Positions 61,913 to 64,000 of a stretch of DNA of 64,000 bases are shown here, piece after piece. Position 1 is the first letter of the stretch. Every line of letters begins with the position of its first letter. The DNA comes from the human T2T-CHM13v2.0 reference genome, Homo sapiens. The stretch is from assembly GCF_009914755.1 (NCBI RefSeq), contig NC_060925.1; one strand, 5' to 3'. Under the pieces are notes generated by a model, which had not been told where the DNA came from, made no database searches, and saw nothing but the letters and a program-made list of their open reading frames with translations. The position numbers and the translations under genes were made by a program.

Positions 61913-62513
61913 GGCCAGGCGCGGTGGCTCACGCCTGTAATCCCAGCACTTTGGGAGGCCCAGGTGGGCAGATCACAAGGTCGGGAATTCAAGACCAGCC
62001 TGGCCAATATGGTGAATCCCCCATCTCCACTAAAAATACAAAAATTAGCTGGGCATGGTGGCACACACCTGTAGTCCCAGCTACTCGGGAGGCTGAAGCA
62101 GGAGAATCACTTGAACCTGGGAAGTGGAGGCTGCAGTGAGCCAAGGTGTGCCACTGCACTCCAGCCTGGGCAACAGAGCGAGACTTCGTCTCAAAAAAAA
62201 AAAAAAAAATTCACGGGCTGGGCGCGGTGGCTCACGCCTGTAATCCCAGCACTTTGGGTGGCCAAGGTGGGCAGATCACAAGGTCAGGAGTTCAAGACCA
62301 GCCTGGCCAATATCGGGAAACCCCATCTCTACTAAAAATACAAAAATTAGCTGGGCATGGTGGTGTGTGTCTGTAGTCCCAGCTACTCGGAAGGCTGAGG
62401 CAGACTAATTGCTTGAACCTGGGAGTCAGAGGTTGCAGCGAGCCGAGATCTTACCACTGCACTCCAGCCTGGGCGACAGAGCAAGACTCCGTTTAAAAAA
62501 AAAAAAAAAAAAA
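61913..62513 (+). mobile_element. Two head-to-tail AluSg-like elements (61913-62208 and 62216-62513)
   Basis: Two full Alu dimers; outer flanks share AAAAATTATC. Confidence 0.93.
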
Positions 62514-64000
62514 TTATCTCCAGGCACAAGCTCAAGAGAAATAAAGGAAAAAGAATTAAATGGGACACTGTATACAAAGCACTTGGAAAACAAAGTGTTA
62601 GACAAACTGAAGCCATTGTTACACCATGCAATCATTTTTTCTATTTGAACCTCATAAGAACATTATTGAGGAGATATAATTACTTCCAGTTTCCAGACAG
62701 AGACATAGACTCAGAGAGGTAAAGCAATCAACCAGGGTCATCCAGGTTGCAGGTGTTAGAACAATTACTCAAGCCCACTGCTGCGTTACTCCAAAGCCCA
62801 TGCTTTTCCACTCCATCACCCTAGGAGAAAGCCATACCTAAGGCCCGACACAGATGGCATAGATGGTGGTGAGCCATACTGTGGGGAAGTCTGGGGTTTG
62901 GAAGTCTCCAGAAAAGCTGCAAACACTCAAGCATTGCCTAGACATGCCTCACCATGGGGCAGCACCCACCAGCCCAAGCACTTTAGTCTCAAAGTGAATT
63001 TGCAATGAAATACTCCAAGAACACTGGTGCCCTTAAAAGATTCCAAACTTACTCATAACTATTTGAAACTGAATGCTTCCCTCAAATATTCCTTGGTGGA
63101 ACCCTGAAATAGTTGCAGTTCAGTGAGGGCTATTAGCACACAGTGCCACAGTGGGCAGACACTGCTCTAGGGTCAGGCACCTGAATTGAATCCCGAGATT
63201 CTCACTAGGTCTCCATGGGACCTGCAGTGAACCATTTTCTCTCTTGGTGCCTCGCTTTCTTGATCTGTGAAATAGGGATAATAAACACTTACACTGCCCA
63301 CATCCCAGGGGCTTTGTGAGGATCAAGGGTAAGATAATTGCCGCAGAGACACTTTGGAAGCAATATGAAATGCTGTGGATTCGAGGTGTAATCAAAATGA
63401 CCTGTTCCACATAGGTGGCATGGTAACATTTATATTTTTGTTTGCTTTTGTTTAAAACCATTATTGAGGTTCAAGAAAATACAGCTTAGGTTAATTTTAA
63501 TATATTAATTAAAGTGAGCTTTTCTATCTACTATTTATAACAATTTATAACTATTTAAAACAATTTGTACAATTTTATCTTCCTCGAAATGTTAAATAAC
63601 CAATAGCTCTAGACAATAAAACCAATTATAGTCTCTCCCCCAGACAGGAGCTAAAAGCCCATCCTGTTAACATGAAATGTGTTCATATCACTTGAGGAGC
63701 CTCCTGGTATCTATGATTACTTTCAGAACTCACATGTCCTTCCCAAATGGAACTTAATAGGAGAAAGGAGAGATGTCCCCTAAAGGAATTCCAGACCAAT
63801 CCAATTATTTCCAAACCTATATATCCAGCTGCCCTCTGGCTATCCAATTGCACGCTCCACAGGAATCTCACATTCAACACAGCCAAAACCCAACTCACTA
63901 TTCCTGCCTGTGTTCTCAATCTCAATTAGATGGCAACTCCACGAGTTAACTTAGTTTGCTCCTTCCCACTCAATGTCTAATAATAACAGGATTCTTTTTA

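Overview
Human (primate) genomic DNA. The translated exons identify it as the 5' part of SEC16B and the 3' part of the CRYZL2P pseudogene (chr1q25.2 from memory), both on the minus strand. SEC16B contributes a probable non-coding exon 1 (donor at 4661), exon 2 (2460-2816, ATG at 2758) and exon 3 (672-784). CRYZL2P (quinone oxidoreductase-like 2, zeta-crystallin/MDR family) contributes its last three exons (60842-61025, 57210-57438, 42854-42922); the only disabling lesion visible in them is a 2-nt insertion creating an immediate TAG. The rest is mostly transposon-derived: a full-length L1PA6-like element with TSDs (ORF1/ORF2 broken, antisense ORF0 open and pointing toward SEC16B), a truncated L1PB, L1M fragments, about 17 Alus, MaLR LTRs, DNA transposons, MIR and L2. 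Less obvious observations are a UBE2K retrocopy hidden inside an old L1, a cryptic acceptor that would restore the CRYZL2P frame, a probable Alu-Alu gene conversion tract, a tail-less Alu with an 18-bp TSD, a 50-bp duplication doubling a TCF/LEF site, and HNF4-type motif clusters. I see no evidence for a wholly new biological system. Repeat subfamily calls and ortholog comparisons are from memory, not database searches.
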